From a virus (lineage: Duplodnaviria > Caudoviricetes), in IMG/VR virus record IMGVR_UViG_3300037247_000710, positions 1-52,130 of that record: a DNA stretch of 52,130 bases, one strand, 5' to 3'. Made by a program: the position numbers and the translations under genes. This document shows, piece by piece, positions 29,004 to 39,023 of the stretch. The first letter of the stretch is position 1. Each line of letters begins with the position of its first letter. The notes under the pieces were generated by a model. The model searched no databases, had not been told where the DNA came from, and worked only from the letters and a program-made list of their open reading frames with translations.

Positions 29004-30419
29004 TTAGGCAATAAGCGCACTGGTTTTTCGAATTCTTCTCGCACCTTTGCGAGCTGTTCTTCGACGGTGCCGTACCTTTTTCTTGCGGTACCTGTCGAGG
29101 ACGAGCGTCGAGAACTCTTTCTTTTTCGCAATCGCTTCATAATACTCCTCTTCGATTGTGTCGCGTGCCAGCAGGAAGAAGTACTTCACCCAGACGGTAT
29201 TCTCCATGTGCAAGATGCGGAAGCGCGACTGTTCAAACGTAATGTGGCTGTGGTCCCAGCTGTACATCACGTAGGTATTTGCTGCGGACAGATCAAAACC
29301 AATTCCACTCTTCACTTGTAGCAGGACGAAGTCCACGTCGAACTGTCCGTCCCACTCGTGCTTGCCAGAGATTATTTTGTACGACCAGTTGAACTCGTCG
29401 AACTTCTCAGAGATGGATTCGATCTCGTGGGTAAAACGACAGCAGATGACTGCTTTTTCATTACCGAAACCTGACAGGAGCCCCATGAGCCTGTCCAGCT
29501 TCTCCGTACCGACGGGAATGACGATGCGTTTGCGTTTCTTCTCACCGGGAATGCGCTCCTGATGCAGGAGATGACCCCCGCACACTTGTTGTAGTTTTTG
29601 TATTAGGTGCATGGGTAGCGGCACATCAACTGTAATGTCTTCGAGGGTGACTTCCAGATCCTTTTTCAGCGTGTCGTAGATGTGCTGAGTGTTACGTTTA
29701 AGATCAAAGTACACTTTCTTCCTGCGTACCTTCACGGGCTTCTTGCCCATGGATATTCGTGCCTCATTGAACGTGATGCGGTAGCTATACGTGTGAATCT
29801 TCTCCATGATCTCATCGTCAAACCGGTAACCGACGATCACAGGATACGTTCGACCATCTCGACGCTGATGTTCTTCGTAAATGAGGTAACGCTCTTTGAA
29901 GTTGCCGTACGTCCCGAAGATTTCGTTCTTGCCAATGAAATCGAAAGTTGCCCAGTACTGCTCGAAACCTTGATCGATTGGTGTGCCTGTGAGTGCGAGC
30001 TTCCAATGGGCACGTTTGCCCAGCGTCCTGACGAATCGGGACTGGGCTGATCCCGGTTTCTTAATGTAGTGTGCTTCATCAGCGATCACCATCAGCGTGC
30101 CACCGTCCTTGACCCAATCCAGCGACCACTTGTACCACTGCTTGCGTAGCTGCAGATTCTTCACTGGCTCCTGATAGGTGACGATGTAGATGTCACAGTC
30201 CCAGTCGTTATCGAGATGCTCCTCGATCTGCTCCTCCCACGTGAGAACAGCTTTCTTCGGACAGATGATGACTAATACCTCCGGCTTGTGGTGATCCACC
30301 ACAGCCAGAGATATCAGACATTTCCCCGTGCGTTGTTCAGGAAAAAAAGCGAAGCCGCTGTGGGGGACTGCAGCAGCAACGGCTTCACTCTGATACGGAC
30401 GAAGTTCCGTCCGAATCAC
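29004..30419 (-). CDS. SNF2-like SF2 helicase
   Basis: LRPYQ, RTGKC, IADEAHYIK, LTGTP, QKLQQ, GIGFDL, QSRFRI motifs. Confidence 0.85.
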   Translation of the reverse strand: MIRTELRPYQSEAVAAAVPHSGFAFFPEQRTGKCLISLAVVDHHKPEVLVIICPKKAVLTWEEQIEEHLDNDWDCDIYIVTYQEPVKNLQLRKQWYKWSLDWVKDGGTLMVIADEAHYIKKPGSAQSRFVRTLGKRAHWKLALTGTPIDQGFEQYWATFDFIGKNEIFGTYGNFKERYLIYEEHQRRDGRTYPVIVGYRFDDEIMEKIHTYSYRITFNEARISMGKKPVKVRRKKVYFDLKRNTQHIYDTLKKDLEVTLEDITVDVPLPMHLIQKLQQVCGGHLLHQERIPGEKKRKRIVIPVGTEKLDRLMGLLSGFGNEKAVICCRFTHEIESISEKFDEFNWSYKIISGKHEWDGQFDVDFVLLQVKSGIGFDLSAANTYVMYSWDHSHITFEQSRFRILHMENTVWVKYFFLLARDTIEEEYYEAIAKKKEFSTLVLDRYRKKKVRHRRRTARKGARRIRKTSALIA

Positions 30420-31183
30420 TACGCTTTCTTCAGCTCATCAAGCGGAATTTCCCACTCACCTTCTTCGTCATCAACAACGACTGCCAGATCGTCCTCGATG
30501 CCTTCGATGACACCCTGAATCTCGTCGCCTTCTTCGTCCTCGAAGACAACACGAGCGCCGGGGCGCAGAGCCTTTCCAGTCTTTTTCTTAGCTGCTTTCT
30601 TTTTGGCAGCTTTCTTCTTTTTAGCGCGGGCAGGCGGAGCTTCCTCTTCCTCTTCGCCCTCCTCTTCGCCTTCTTCTTCGCCTTCTTCTTCTTCGCTTTG
30701 AGGTACAGTGCCACCTTGCTCTTCGATGTACTGCTCCGCCACTTCTTCGGTGAGGTAACCAGTCACACGCGGCTGATCTTTCTCGTCGTACTCCTCGTTA
30801 ACGATCTCCAGACCGCAACGCTCGCCGACCAAGGAATCGACATCCAGATCGAAGGGACCGTCCGGTGTTTCGAAGCCCATGCAGTCCAGTGCGGTGCGAA
30901 GCACCCACAGGGACTGTGGCAGTAACACGAAGCGGTCGAACACTGTTGAACCCGTCTGGGTCTTCCAACGTACAGTGATCATGTCATTACCAGCCTGACT
31001 GACTTCCTGTTCAGCGCTCAGAATCTCAGCGACGTAGAAACCATCAGGTGTTGGCATTCCACCTCCGGCTTCGACATCGGTGAAATCAACTGTGATGACG
31101 TTTGTGCTTCTGCCTCGTCGTCCCCCACGTGCGGCTTTTTTCTTGCCGCCCTTTTTTCTTGTTGGTCCTTTTCGTGTAGCCAT
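30419..31183 (-). CDS. ssDNA-binding protein (DUF669-like OB fold) with acidic linker and C-terminal SH3-like domain
   Basis: VDFTDVE...PDG.Y.AEI...SQAGNDMI...LVG..C; poly-Glu linker; lies beside AAA and exonuclease genes. Confidence 0.65.
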   Translation of the reverse strand: MATRKGPTRKKGGKKKAARGGRRGRSTNVITVDFTDVEAGGGMPTPDGFYVAEILSAEQEVSQAGNDMITVRWKTQTGSTVFDRFVLLPQSLWVLRTALDCMGFETPDGPFDLDVDSLVGERCGLEIVNEEYDEKDQPRVTGYLTEEVAEQYIEEQGGTVPQSEEEEGEEEGEEEGEEEEEAPPARAKKKKAAKKKAAKKKTGKALRPGARVVFEDEEGDEIQGVIEGIEDDLAVVVDDEEGEWEIPLDELKKA

Positions 31184-32040
31184 TAATTTGATCTCCTAGC
31201 TTTTCGTCTTGGTTTTTGTTTGCCCGAAGTCAGGTCCCGGATTTTCTTGAACGTCGGGTTGACGATCAGTTCCGGGATAGGACCAGCGGACACCGGTCTG
31301 CGAATCTTTGTTGAGTAAAACGCGTGGGGACCGATTCGCATACAGTAGTCCACATGGCGCACTTCTTCTTTGTCTTCTGTTTCCCAACGCTCTTTAATAA
31401 ACGTGGACCCGATGGAGTCAACTGCACCATCGAGGAATGCACTGACTGAGGGCATAACGCGTGCTCCGATACTGGGCTCGATGCTGTCTTCGTCTTCGTC
31501 ACCACCGTCGTCCACACGCTCGTGGGCAATCATGAGCAGGTTGTAATTGTCGGATAGATCCCGGAAGTCGCTGATGAATTGTTTGAGCATGCCGGAGAGT
31601 TGTCCCCAGTTGCGCTGAGTAAACTGCTCGTCCCTCCCCTTGCGTGCCTTACGCAGCACCTCAGCCATGCCGATGTCTTGCAGGTTGGACACCTGATCGA
31701 TGACGATACTTTTGTAATCCATGCCGTCGCTCAGTGCCCAGAGTAGCTCGTCGATTTCTGCCCACTCAGTGACACGCACGACATCGATCTCTTCTTCCAG
31801 TGCGATGGTCTCAGTGCCACGTTCATTCGTGTCGATGAACAGAACGGGTTTCGGAAACGTTGAACCAAAGTGAGTCTTGCCCGTGCCGGAGCGACCGTAT
31901 ACCATCATCACCAGATTGGTCTTCAGTTCAGTGACCGGTTGAATCCTGTCGAGGATCGATGTCGGTTTCGCTGCCTTCGTCTTTTTTGCGAGCCGTTTCT
32001 TTTTTGCTTTAACTGCTCTGCCTCTCTTTTTAGCTACCAT
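31183..32040 (-). CDS. AAA_24/Sak4-like ATPase (recombination)
   Basis: YGRSGTGKT Walker A, IDTNERG, SIVIDQVS Walker B, IAHE; start refined to MVAKK. Confidence 0.8.
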   Translation of the reverse strand: MVAKKRGRAVKAKKKRLAKKTKAAKPTSILDRIQPVTELKTNLVMMVYGRSGTGKTHFGSTFPKPVLFIDTNERGTETIALEEEIDVVRVTEWAEIDELLWALSDGMDYKSIVIDQVSNLQDIGMAEVLRKARKGRDEQFTQRNWGQLSGMLKQFISDFRDLSDNYNLLMIAHERVDDGGDEDEDSIEPSIGARVMPSVSAFLDGAVDSIGSTFIKERWETEDKEEVRHVDYCMRIGPHAFYSTKIRRPVSAGPIPELIVNPTFKKIRDLTSGKQKPRRKARRSN

Positions 32041-33040
32041 TTTTCTTTCCTCGTGGTACGTATTCACTCTTCATTATGAAATCAGCATCGAGTCCGCGAA
32101 CTTCGGCCTCGCACAATGTACGAAACTCACAGGTGTTGCAATTAAAAGATGACATGCTGCGTGCGCAGCGTCCGTCCTCCCGCTTAGCCAGAATCTCCCC
32201 CGTGGTCTGCAGGAAATCATTGACTACCTCGATGATCATGTTGGTGCTGGGCTTGGGCAGGAACACGCGCTCGAAGAACGTGTCTTCCTTCCCTTCGAGC
32301 AACTCCAGCATGTCCACATATTTCTTATCGTCGAGACCTTCTCGTCGGACTACCTTTAAATAAGTGTACGGATCGCAATCCAAATTCTTGCGCTTCGATA
32401 GCTCACCACTCTTCAGTATCTCTGGTTCGGTAGGTGCCTTCGCACGTGCGTAGTCCCAGCACACACCATCGAGTGCCTCTTTCGGATTCTCCATGCCGTA
32501 CACCCACACGTACAACAGCAGCTGCAGTTCGGAGAACCGATCATCCGCAGTTGGAATAGCCTTCAGAAATTTATGGTCCACAATCCATCGACGGTCCTGC
32601 GGGTCGCGTGCAATTTTGTCGATGAAGCCAATGAATTTGACAGGTAACGCACCGCTGCCGAGTTTACTCAGATCGAACTCGACCTTGATCTCACTTGCTT
32701 CGTACGTCAGGGTGTCCCTGCGGTATTTGCGCAGGTAACCCTCGAAGATTTTGCCGCAGTCACCGATGATGTCCCCGTGCATGTCTTTCTCTTCTTCAAA
32801 GTATGCACCGAACTTATCAGCATACTCGTCGAGCACATCCCACGGATCATTGCCGTCGTAGCCTTTGATGATTTTCGAATTCACGTACGCATTGAGCATC
32901 TCGTGCAGGATTTCACCTCGCAACAGGCGCACGCCTTTGAACTTGCGCTTGATGCGTTTCTTGTACCTGTACTCCCACGCTTTCGGACAACGTCGGTAAG
33001 AACTAACTTCACTGAAACTAATATGGTCAAGCTGCGGCAC
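32030..33040 (-). CDS. PD-(D/E)xK exonuclease (Cas4/RecB-like)
   Basis: SFSEVSSYRRCP, G..LH, GFIDKI, IVDHK, QL..Y, C-terminal C..C..C; probable GTG start at 33040. Confidence 0.8.
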   Translation of the reverse strand: MPQLDHISFSEVSSYRRCPKAWEYRYKKRIKRKFKGVRLLRGEILHEMLNAYVNSKIIKGYDGNDPWDVLDEYADKFGAYFEEEKDMHGDIIGDCGKIFEGYLRKYRRDTLTYEASEIKVEFDLSKLGSGALPVKFIGFIDKIARDPQDRRWIVDHKFLKAIPTADDRFSELQLLLYVWVYGMENPKEALDGVCWDYARAKAPTEPEILKSGELSKRKNLDCDPYTYLKVVRREGLDDKKYVDMLELLEGKEDTFFERVFLPKPSTNMIIEVVNDFLQTTGEILAKREDGRCARSMSSFNCNTCEFRTLCEAEVRGLDADFIMKSEYVPRGKKNGS

Positions 33041-35531
33041 TGTACTTCTCCCCTTTGCCCCATGGTCCCAGCTCTGCTTCACCCTCCATGGGCACGCTGA
33101 GTTTGATTTTGAATGTGTCCATCAGCTTCGGTCGCTCTGCCATCTTCAGCATCTGTGGCACACACTCATCGATGTGTTCGTTCTTCACGATGGTCAGTAC
33201 TGAGTCGTGATGTTCGCCGACCAGTCGTACTTTCTTGCGCGAAAAAGTCTGGTGGATTTCGATCAGGATCATGGCTTTGTAGTCCCCGATCATTGCCTGC
33301 ACACCTGAGTTGATTGCCTGTCGCTCAGATTCCGACCGTACCTTCCTGTCCTTAGCATGGATGCCGGGGAGCCTACGCAACCGACCAGTCAGGCAACGCA
33401 CGTGACCATTTGCACGTGCAAGTTTTCTAGTTTTGCTGTGCCAGTCTTCCAGTCGGGAGTACAGTCGGAAGTATGCACGACGTGCATTCTTAGCCTCTTC
33501 CCTGCTGGGCTCCCAGCCATAATCCTTACGCGCCTGCTCGATGAATTTCTTCTCGTACATGCCGTAGATGAAACCGAAGTTAATAGCCTTGGCTCGCGTG
33601 CGTCCTTCATACCACCGTTTGTCCAATTCGATGCAAGCTGTGTGTCCTGCTTTCAACATCTCTTCTAATGCTATCGAGTAGGGCAACCACTTACTGGTCA
33701 GTTCCTCTGCTGTATTTTGCACGAGCATGGCGAATGCTCCTTGCGTACCAACTGCCAGTGTCTCGATCAGAGTGCGCCAGTGCACGTCAATACCGTCGGT
33801 GAAACAACGTCGCATTTCAGGGTCACGAGATAGATGTGCAGCGACCCTCATCTCTGCGGTGGCAATATCCAGTGCGCAGAGGGTCCAACCTGCGGGAGCA
33901 GTAACGAGGTTCCGAATCGATCCGTCCCGTGGAATAGGATGTAGAGGCGAAGAATATCTACCGGTGACAGTCCCGTGGATTTTGTAGTCGAAGTAGTACT
34001 TGTCTTCAATACGATACTTCTGCCATCCTTTAATATATGTGTTGAAAAATTTTCCTGCATTGCGATACTCCAAAATCTTCCTGACCACAGGTTTGCCGCT
34101 GATGCTAAGGAGCGCTTCTTCAGATGTGGAGGGTTTCTTTTTCTTGGTAAGAATTTTGCAGCGATATCCCAGCTCTTCATATAGGAGTTTTGCAATCTGC
34201 GCAGGACTGTCCCAGTTCAATTCGTAACCTGCGATCTCGTTCAGCTCTTCGCGCACTGTGATCTTCTTTGAGAGCAGCTCCATACCGACCTCTTTACGTG
34301 CTGCCGGATCGATGGTCAGACCCTCCATCTCGGCATCCTCCATCGCACGGGCTCCCGGCATCGTGAGCTTCCAGTAGAGACGATGGAGACCGGGCTGCTC
34401 CCGAAGCATCTTCTCGAAGAGTATGCCCAGCCTGAGTGTGTAGGTGGCATCCTTCCCGCAGTATTTGTAGTTCAGCATGGGCTTCTTGCTCTTGCCGATC
34501 TTCTCTTCCAGCGGGATGTCGTACTCAGGTTCATCGAGGTAAGTACGGCACAGACTGGTCAGGTCGTGGTGAAGGTTCTCATCGAGCACATGATGTGCGA
34601 GCATAGTGTCGAAGTGCAGGTGGAACGAGCCCCCAAACTGGCACCGCATCCACTTGTTATCAAACTTTCCATTCTGTGCGTACGTACGTTTGTTATCCCG
34701 ATGAGCAAGAAAAAACAGCAACTGCATCAGCCGACGCAAAGCATTACCGTGAGCGAAGGGGCTACTGGAAAATTGTTGATACTCAGGATGCATAAGACCG
34801 GGTATGACCCATGTTCTGTGGTCAAGAGCAATCCCAATTGCAGTGATGTAGCCATTCGGATCGAATGGGAAAAGCCCCGCTGTCTCGCAGTCAAATGCGA
34901 ATCTGGATGCTGCCTCAAACTCTCGGATAAAGGTGTCGAGGTTACCTTTGCGCACCACCGACCAGTTGACTGTGTCATCTCGCAAGCCGCTGTCTATGAG
35001 TCGAGCGAGTCGGGAGATATCGTCCTGAAGGCCGGGGAGCTTCGACGGATCGCGAAGAGTGTACGCTGGATGAAATATTGGCATCCCGATGTACGGGACT
35101 TTCGGATTATTAATGATCTCGCCATGGAATTGGTTGATCTTCGCTTTTCCACGAAACAACGTCTTCGTCGCAGGCACACCAGCAGTGACGACGTAACTGG
35201 GATTTAGTTCTGCGATTTCTTCATCGAGATAGTGACGGCACGCTTTGATTTCTGCTGCCGTGGGAGTTCTGTTATTCGGTGGGCGACATTTGACGAGGTT
35301 GGTAATGTAGGTGTTGTCGATCAGGTCGTTGCGTTTTAATTCGTGACGAAGTATTCGACCTGACTCACCGATGAAGGGGACACCCTTCCGATCTTCGTTA
35401 GCGCCCGGAGCTTCACCGATTACCATCACCTTAACGTCCTTCGGTTTGCGCGGCCCGTCACCTGCCATGCAGACCGTCCTCGCATTAGCGTGGAGACCGC
35501 AGTCGGTACAGTGGGGGTTTATACTCGCCAC
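33027..35531 (-). CDS. polA: Family A DNA polymerase with N-terminal family-4 uracil-DNA glycosylase domain and 3'-5' exonuclease
   Basis: CTDCGL..GEAPG.NED..G.PFIG.SG, NLVKCRPPNNRTP, FHPAY; ExoI DCET, ExoII NGKFD, ExoIII YCGKD; TVTGRYSS, KAINFGFIYG, RQAINS.VQ, HHDS. Confidence 0.92.
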   Translation of the reverse strand: MASINPHCTDCGLHANARTVCMAGDGPRKPKDVKVMVIGEAPGANEDRKGVPFIGESGRILRHELKRNDLIDNTYITNLVKCRPPNNRTPTAAEIKACRHYLDEEIAELNPSYVVTAGVPATKTLFRGKAKINQFHGEIINNPKVPYIGMPIFHPAYTLRDPSKLPGLQDDISRLARLIDSGLRDDTVNWSVVRKGNLDTFIREFEAASRFAFDCETAGLFPFDPNGYITAIGIALDHRTWVIPGLMHPEYQQFSSSPFAHGNALRRLMQLLFFLAHRDNKRTYAQNGKFDNKWMRCQFGGSFHLHFDTMLAHHVLDENLHHDLTSLCRTYLDEPEYDIPLEEKIGKSKKPMLNYKYCGKDATYTLRLGILFEKMLREQPGLHRLYWKLTMPGARAMEDAEMEGLTIDPAARKEVGMELLSKKITVREELNEIAGYELNWDSPAQIAKLLYEELGYRCKILTKKKKPSTSEEALLSISGKPVVRKILEYRNAGKFFNTYIKGWQKYRIEDKYYFDYKIHGTVTGRYSSPLHPIPRDGSIRNLVTAPAGWTLCALDIATAEMRVAAHLSRDPEMRRCFTDGIDVHWRTLIETLAVGTQGAFAMLVQNTAEELTSKWLPYSIALEEMLKAGHTACIELDKRWYEGRTRAKAINFGFIYGMYEKKFIEQARKDYGWEPSREEAKNARRAYFRLYSRLEDWHSKTRKLARANGHVRCLTGRLRRLPGIHAKDRKVRSESERQAINSGVQAMIGDYKAMILIEIHQTFSRKKVRLVGEHHDSVLTIVKNEHIDECVPQMLKMAERPKLMDTFKIKLSVPMEGEAELGPWGKGEKYSAAA

Positions 35532-35691
35532 GAGTCGCTGTCGCTCAAGACCATTTCCAGTGCTCCGGTTGTGCTGTTAGGATGGTCCGCCCCGACAGAC
35601 AATAAACACTCAGTGAAGTGGAAAAGAGGAGGTCCAAGAGAGACAGGACCCCCTCCCTTCCGGTTCTCGCATCAGCGCTAGAAGAGACGAG

Positions 35692-37797
35692 ATGGCACAG
35701 AATAAAGCAGGGTTTGATCCAACGCAAACTGCGAAGTACTGGTTGGAAAAGAAAGTCTACACGGTACCGCTGAGAAGCAGATCAAAACGTCCAAAAACAA
35801 CGAATTGGCCCCACCTCCGACTGGTCGAGGACGACCTCAATAACGGTGCTTTCAAACCCGGAGACAACATCGGTGCGCTCTGGGGCGATGCTTCTGACCA
35901 TGCTACAGACGTTGATCTGGACATGGAGGAGGCGATCTGGGTAGCTGATTACATCCTCCCTGAGACCTTCATTTACGGGCGTACAGGCAAGGAACGTTCG
36001 CACTATGTATACAAGGTCATGGGTGCGCAAACGCGCAAGTGGCAGGTCCAAGAGCTGGGCACCATCATCGAGATCAGGTCCACGGGAGCCCAGTCAGTTA
36101 TCCCTCCATCCCGGCATCCTGAAGGTGGCATCTATTGCACTGACGAAGATGAAGACTTCACGCAGCTGACCAAGCTGGACCTTGAACGGTACGCTGAAGA
36201 AATTGCAGTCGCTGCAGTCTTCACTCGTCATTACCCGTCGGCAGGTTCGCGCCACGATTACGTGCACGCATGCACAGGTGCGCTCTGTCATCAGGAGTGG
36301 CCTGACGAAAAGATCGGGCGCGTCATGGAGGCAGTGCTCAACGTCATCCAAGATGAAGAAGACGAGATCAGTGATCGAGTGAATGCGGTGCGTAACACCG
36401 TCGAGCATCACAAGCTGGGCGACCGCACAAAAGGATTCACGTCACTCGAAGCATGGATGAGCATGCCGGTGATCGCAGCACTGCGCAGGTGGACGACCTC
36501 AGGCAAGATGGAAGGCAAGCTTGTGATGGCTCCGCCTAACCTGAAACCTGAACCATCACGGCTGACGTTCGATGAGTCTCTCTTAAAGGTGCCGGGACTG
36601 GTAGGTGAGATCACAACGTGGGCGAATCGCGAATCGTTTATTGACCAGCCTCTTTTCGGATTAGCGACCGGGCTCACATGCACTGCACTGGCAACATGCA
36701 ATCACTATCTCGTGGAAAGTTGGGACACACCGTTGCAACCATACTTAATGGTTACCGCACCGACCGGCGGAGGGAAAGACACTTGTCATCGTTCAGTTGC
36801 AAAGTTTGCAATTAAACTTGGTCTCGATGAAGCAGTGATCCAGCACTTCCAATCTTACTACGCGATGCTCGATCACTTAGGTGAAGAAGGAATAGGATGT
36901 TGGTTATGGGATGAAGCAGCTCGCTACATGTCCAGTGCGAAGAAACCCAGCTCGACAGATTTTCAAACGCTCAGTCACGTCATCTCACTTTACGGTGCAG
37001 CTAACAAATTTGTTCCCGGCGCACCGGGACGCAACCGAGCTATCCCTCCCCTTGATCATCCTTTCCTTGTAGTTCTCGCCACCGCTCAACCTGACATGCT
37101 GATGGACGCACTTACCAGCACAGCGCAGGAGACGGGCTTCGTAAATCGCTTCATACTTTTCGACACAGGCATCGAATACCGTGGTGTCAATCAGAGACGC
37201 AGTCACGTCTTCCCTTCTGCGATCAGTAAGCATGCGAAGCAGCTACGTGATCACGAACCGATGGACGGTGACTTCACCGACGTTAAGTTTGCAGACACGC
37301 GAACGTACAGTGCATTCCAAGAGTTCGAAGAAGTCTCGCGCCGTCGAGCGATGGGAGGTCAAGCGACATGGAGCCGAGCGAATCAGAACGCACTGATTAT
37401 GGCAGGCATTGCAGCGGTCGGTGCTGATGCACAGCGTCCTGTCATTGATTTCAATTTGTGCAAGTGGGCGATTCAACTCGTGTCATGGAGCAATGATTGC
37501 TGGGATGAAAAGCTACGCATGACTGCTGCGACTGACAGTTACACCGAGAAGGATTCATTCAAGATCGAACGCATCATCAACAACTCGCAAAAGTATGCCG
37601 AACAAAAAGCTAACTCCATCCCGCAACGTATGTTGTTACAACAAGGCTTCACCCCGCACAGTGTGATCACTCGAAACACACGAGGCATCGACCCGAAAAG
37701 ACGCACGCAAATTCTCGATGACCTGCACGAGGGCGGACTGATCGGTTCGACTGAAAAGAACGATCAGGTCGTCTACTTCCCGCACAAACCCAAATAG
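35692..37797 (+). CDS. Bifunctional primase-polymerase fused to helicase-like ATPase (DUF3987-like)
   Basis: P...SKRP, NIG, DVDLD, H.Y, EIRSTG.QSVIPPSRHP; C-terminal APTGGGKD, WDE, GFVNRF. Confidence 0.8.
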   Translation: MAQNKAGFDPTQTAKYWLEKKVYTVPLRSRSKRPKTTNWPHLRLVEDDLNNGAFKPGDNIGALWGDASDHATDVDLDMEEAIWVADYILPETFIYGRTGKERSHYVYKVMGAQTRKWQVQELGTIIEIRSTGAQSVIPPSRHPEGGIYCTDEDEDFTQLTKLDLERYAEEIAVAAVFTRHYPSAGSRHDYVHACTGALCHQEWPDEKIGRVMEAVLNVIQDEEDEISDRVNAVRNTVEHHKLGDRTKGFTSLEAWMSMPVIAALRRWTTSGKMEGKLVMAPPNLKPEPSRLTFDESLLKVPGLVGEITTWANRESFIDQPLFGLATGLTCTALATCNHYLVESWDTPLQPYLMVTAPTGGGKDTCHRSVAKFAIKLGLDEAVIQHFQSYYAMLDHLGEEGIGCWLWDEAARYMSSAKKPSSTDFQTLSHVISLYGAANKFVPGAPGRNRAIPPLDHPFLVVLATAQPDMLMDALTSTAQETGFVNRFILFDTGIEYRGVNQRRSHVFPSAISKHAKQLRDHEPMDGDFTDVKFADTRTYSAFQEFEEVSRRRAMGGQATWSRANQNALIMAGIAAVGADAQRPVIDFNLCKWAIQLVSWSNDCWDEKLRMTAATDSYTEKDSFKIERIINNSQKYAEQKANSIPQRMLLQQGFTPHSVITRNTRGIDPKRRTQILDDLHEGGLIGSTEKNDQVVYFPHKPK

Positions 37798-37851
37798 CCC
37801 CGCATTATGTTAAATACTAAGTGATTGATTTATAAGGCTTTTTGGCTTATT

Positions 37852-37880
37852 TTTACACGGTATCGCTCCTGTGATACAAT
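37852..37880 (+). promoter_or_regulatory. sigma70-like promoter with operator (37855-37874)
   Basis: TTTACA-N17-TACAAT with TGn extension and AT-rich upstream; ACACGGTATCGCTCCTGTGA. Confidence 0.75.
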
Positions 37881-37922
37881 GAGTTTCATTCATTACATAG
37901 GCACACACATAAGGAGCCTGCT

Positions 37923-38222
37923 ATGACAAAGAAAGCAAACGTAACTGGACTCGCCGACGAACTCGGCATCATCCGCGCCAAGATGGCGGACCTGAAAGTT
38001 CGCGAGACTGAGATTCGCGAGGTCATGATCGATGCTGGCATCAAAGCATTCGAGGATCGGAAGTTCCGCGCAGTCGTTGTTGAGTCACTGCGTACTTACA
38101 TCGACTGGAAGTCAGTTGCTGCGAAACTGAAACCTTCGCACCAGTTGGTCACGGCGCACACGACCGAGAAGGATGTCATTTCCATCCGAGTCAGCGCCCG
38201 CATCGGAGCACTCCTGTCATGA
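37923..38222 (+). CDS. Hypothetical early protein
   Basis: RBS AAGGAG; first gene after promoter. Confidence 0.75.
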   Translation: MTKKANVTGLADELGIIRAKMADLKVRETEIREVMIDAGIKAFEDRKFRAVVVESLRTYIDWKSVAAKLKPSHQLVTAHTTEKDVISIRVSARIGALLS

Positions 38223-38482
38223 GGATTGCTCTCGCCTTCACAGGCAAGACACGAGATGTGGCTCAGTACCTGCCGAGTAACTTCCGGGTACTGGGTCGCA
38301 GCTTGGACAACTCCAAGACCATTATCATAGGTGTCGATGACCACGGTTGGTCACTCGACGCTTACGTCATTCCCCGTCTTGGATCGGCACTCATCCACTG
38401 CGAAGAGGTCTTCGAGATCAACGGTCTCAACATCACGCAGCTGGAACTCAATCTGAAGCTGGAACAGGAGCACAGCATATGA
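38219..38482 (+). CDS. Hypothetical protein
   Basis: ATGA overlaps on both sides. Confidence 0.7.
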   Translation: MRIALAFTGKTRDVAQYLPSNFRVLGRSLDNSKTIIIGVDDHGWSLDAYVIPRLGSALIHCEEVFEINGLNITQLELNLKLEQEHSI

Positions 38483-38778
38483 AGTACAACTTAGAAAGCG
38501 CCCAAGGGATGGCATCACAACATCCCGACTCGTTCGAGGTGGCATCCATCGATAAGCTGCGCGAAGTCGTGCAACCCGGAGTGTTCGCAAAGATCTGCGT
38601 ACTCGACGATGGAGGTGAGCGCATCTGGACCAAGGTCGTCAAGGTCAATGGTGTCAGGGTCACGGCGACATTCGCCAACACTCCCTTCGATATCGATGCC
38701 GCGCACGGTGACCGAGTCTATTATCAACTGCACAACATCTACAACGTCACGGACGAAGACGGGGAGGAACTCGCATGA
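38479..38778 (+). CDS. Hypothetical protein (ERxW motif, DUF2314-like)
   Basis: Start refined to MKYNLE (RBS AGGAG); AKIC...GERIWTKV..ATFAN.P. Confidence 0.65.
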   Translation: MKYNLESAQGMASQHPDSFEVASIDKLREVVQPGVFAKICVLDDGGERIWTKVVKVNGVRVTATFANTPFDIDAAHGDRVYYQLHNIYNVTDEDGEELA

Positions 38779-39023
38779 GGCTCTCAACAGTCATGTACAT
38801 GAACGGTCGCGTCGTCGGTTACCAATACCAATTGAAGGTGACCATCACGCCTGCCGAAGAAGAGAACCGGGGCACGATGATTGTGTTCGACGCTCACGGT
38901 CTGTTAGTGGACGAGTTCACCCGCAAGTATCACCACGGCTATCACCGGGAGTACATCAAGAAGTCGATGCGCGACTGGGCGAAGCACCGTGACGAGATGC
39001 CTGAGATCAAGGATGCGTCATGA
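38775..39023 (+). CDS. Hypothetical protein
   Basis: RBS GGAGG; ATGA overlaps. Confidence 0.65.
   Translation: MRLSTVMYMNGRVVGYQYQLKVTITPAEEENRGTMIVFDAHGLLVDEFTRKYHHGYHREYIKKSMRDWAKHRDEMPEIKDAS

Noticed and set aside
33027-35531. Intein or intron in the polymerase
   Set aside because: The fingers insertion is short and lacks splicing motifs; reading frame is continuous
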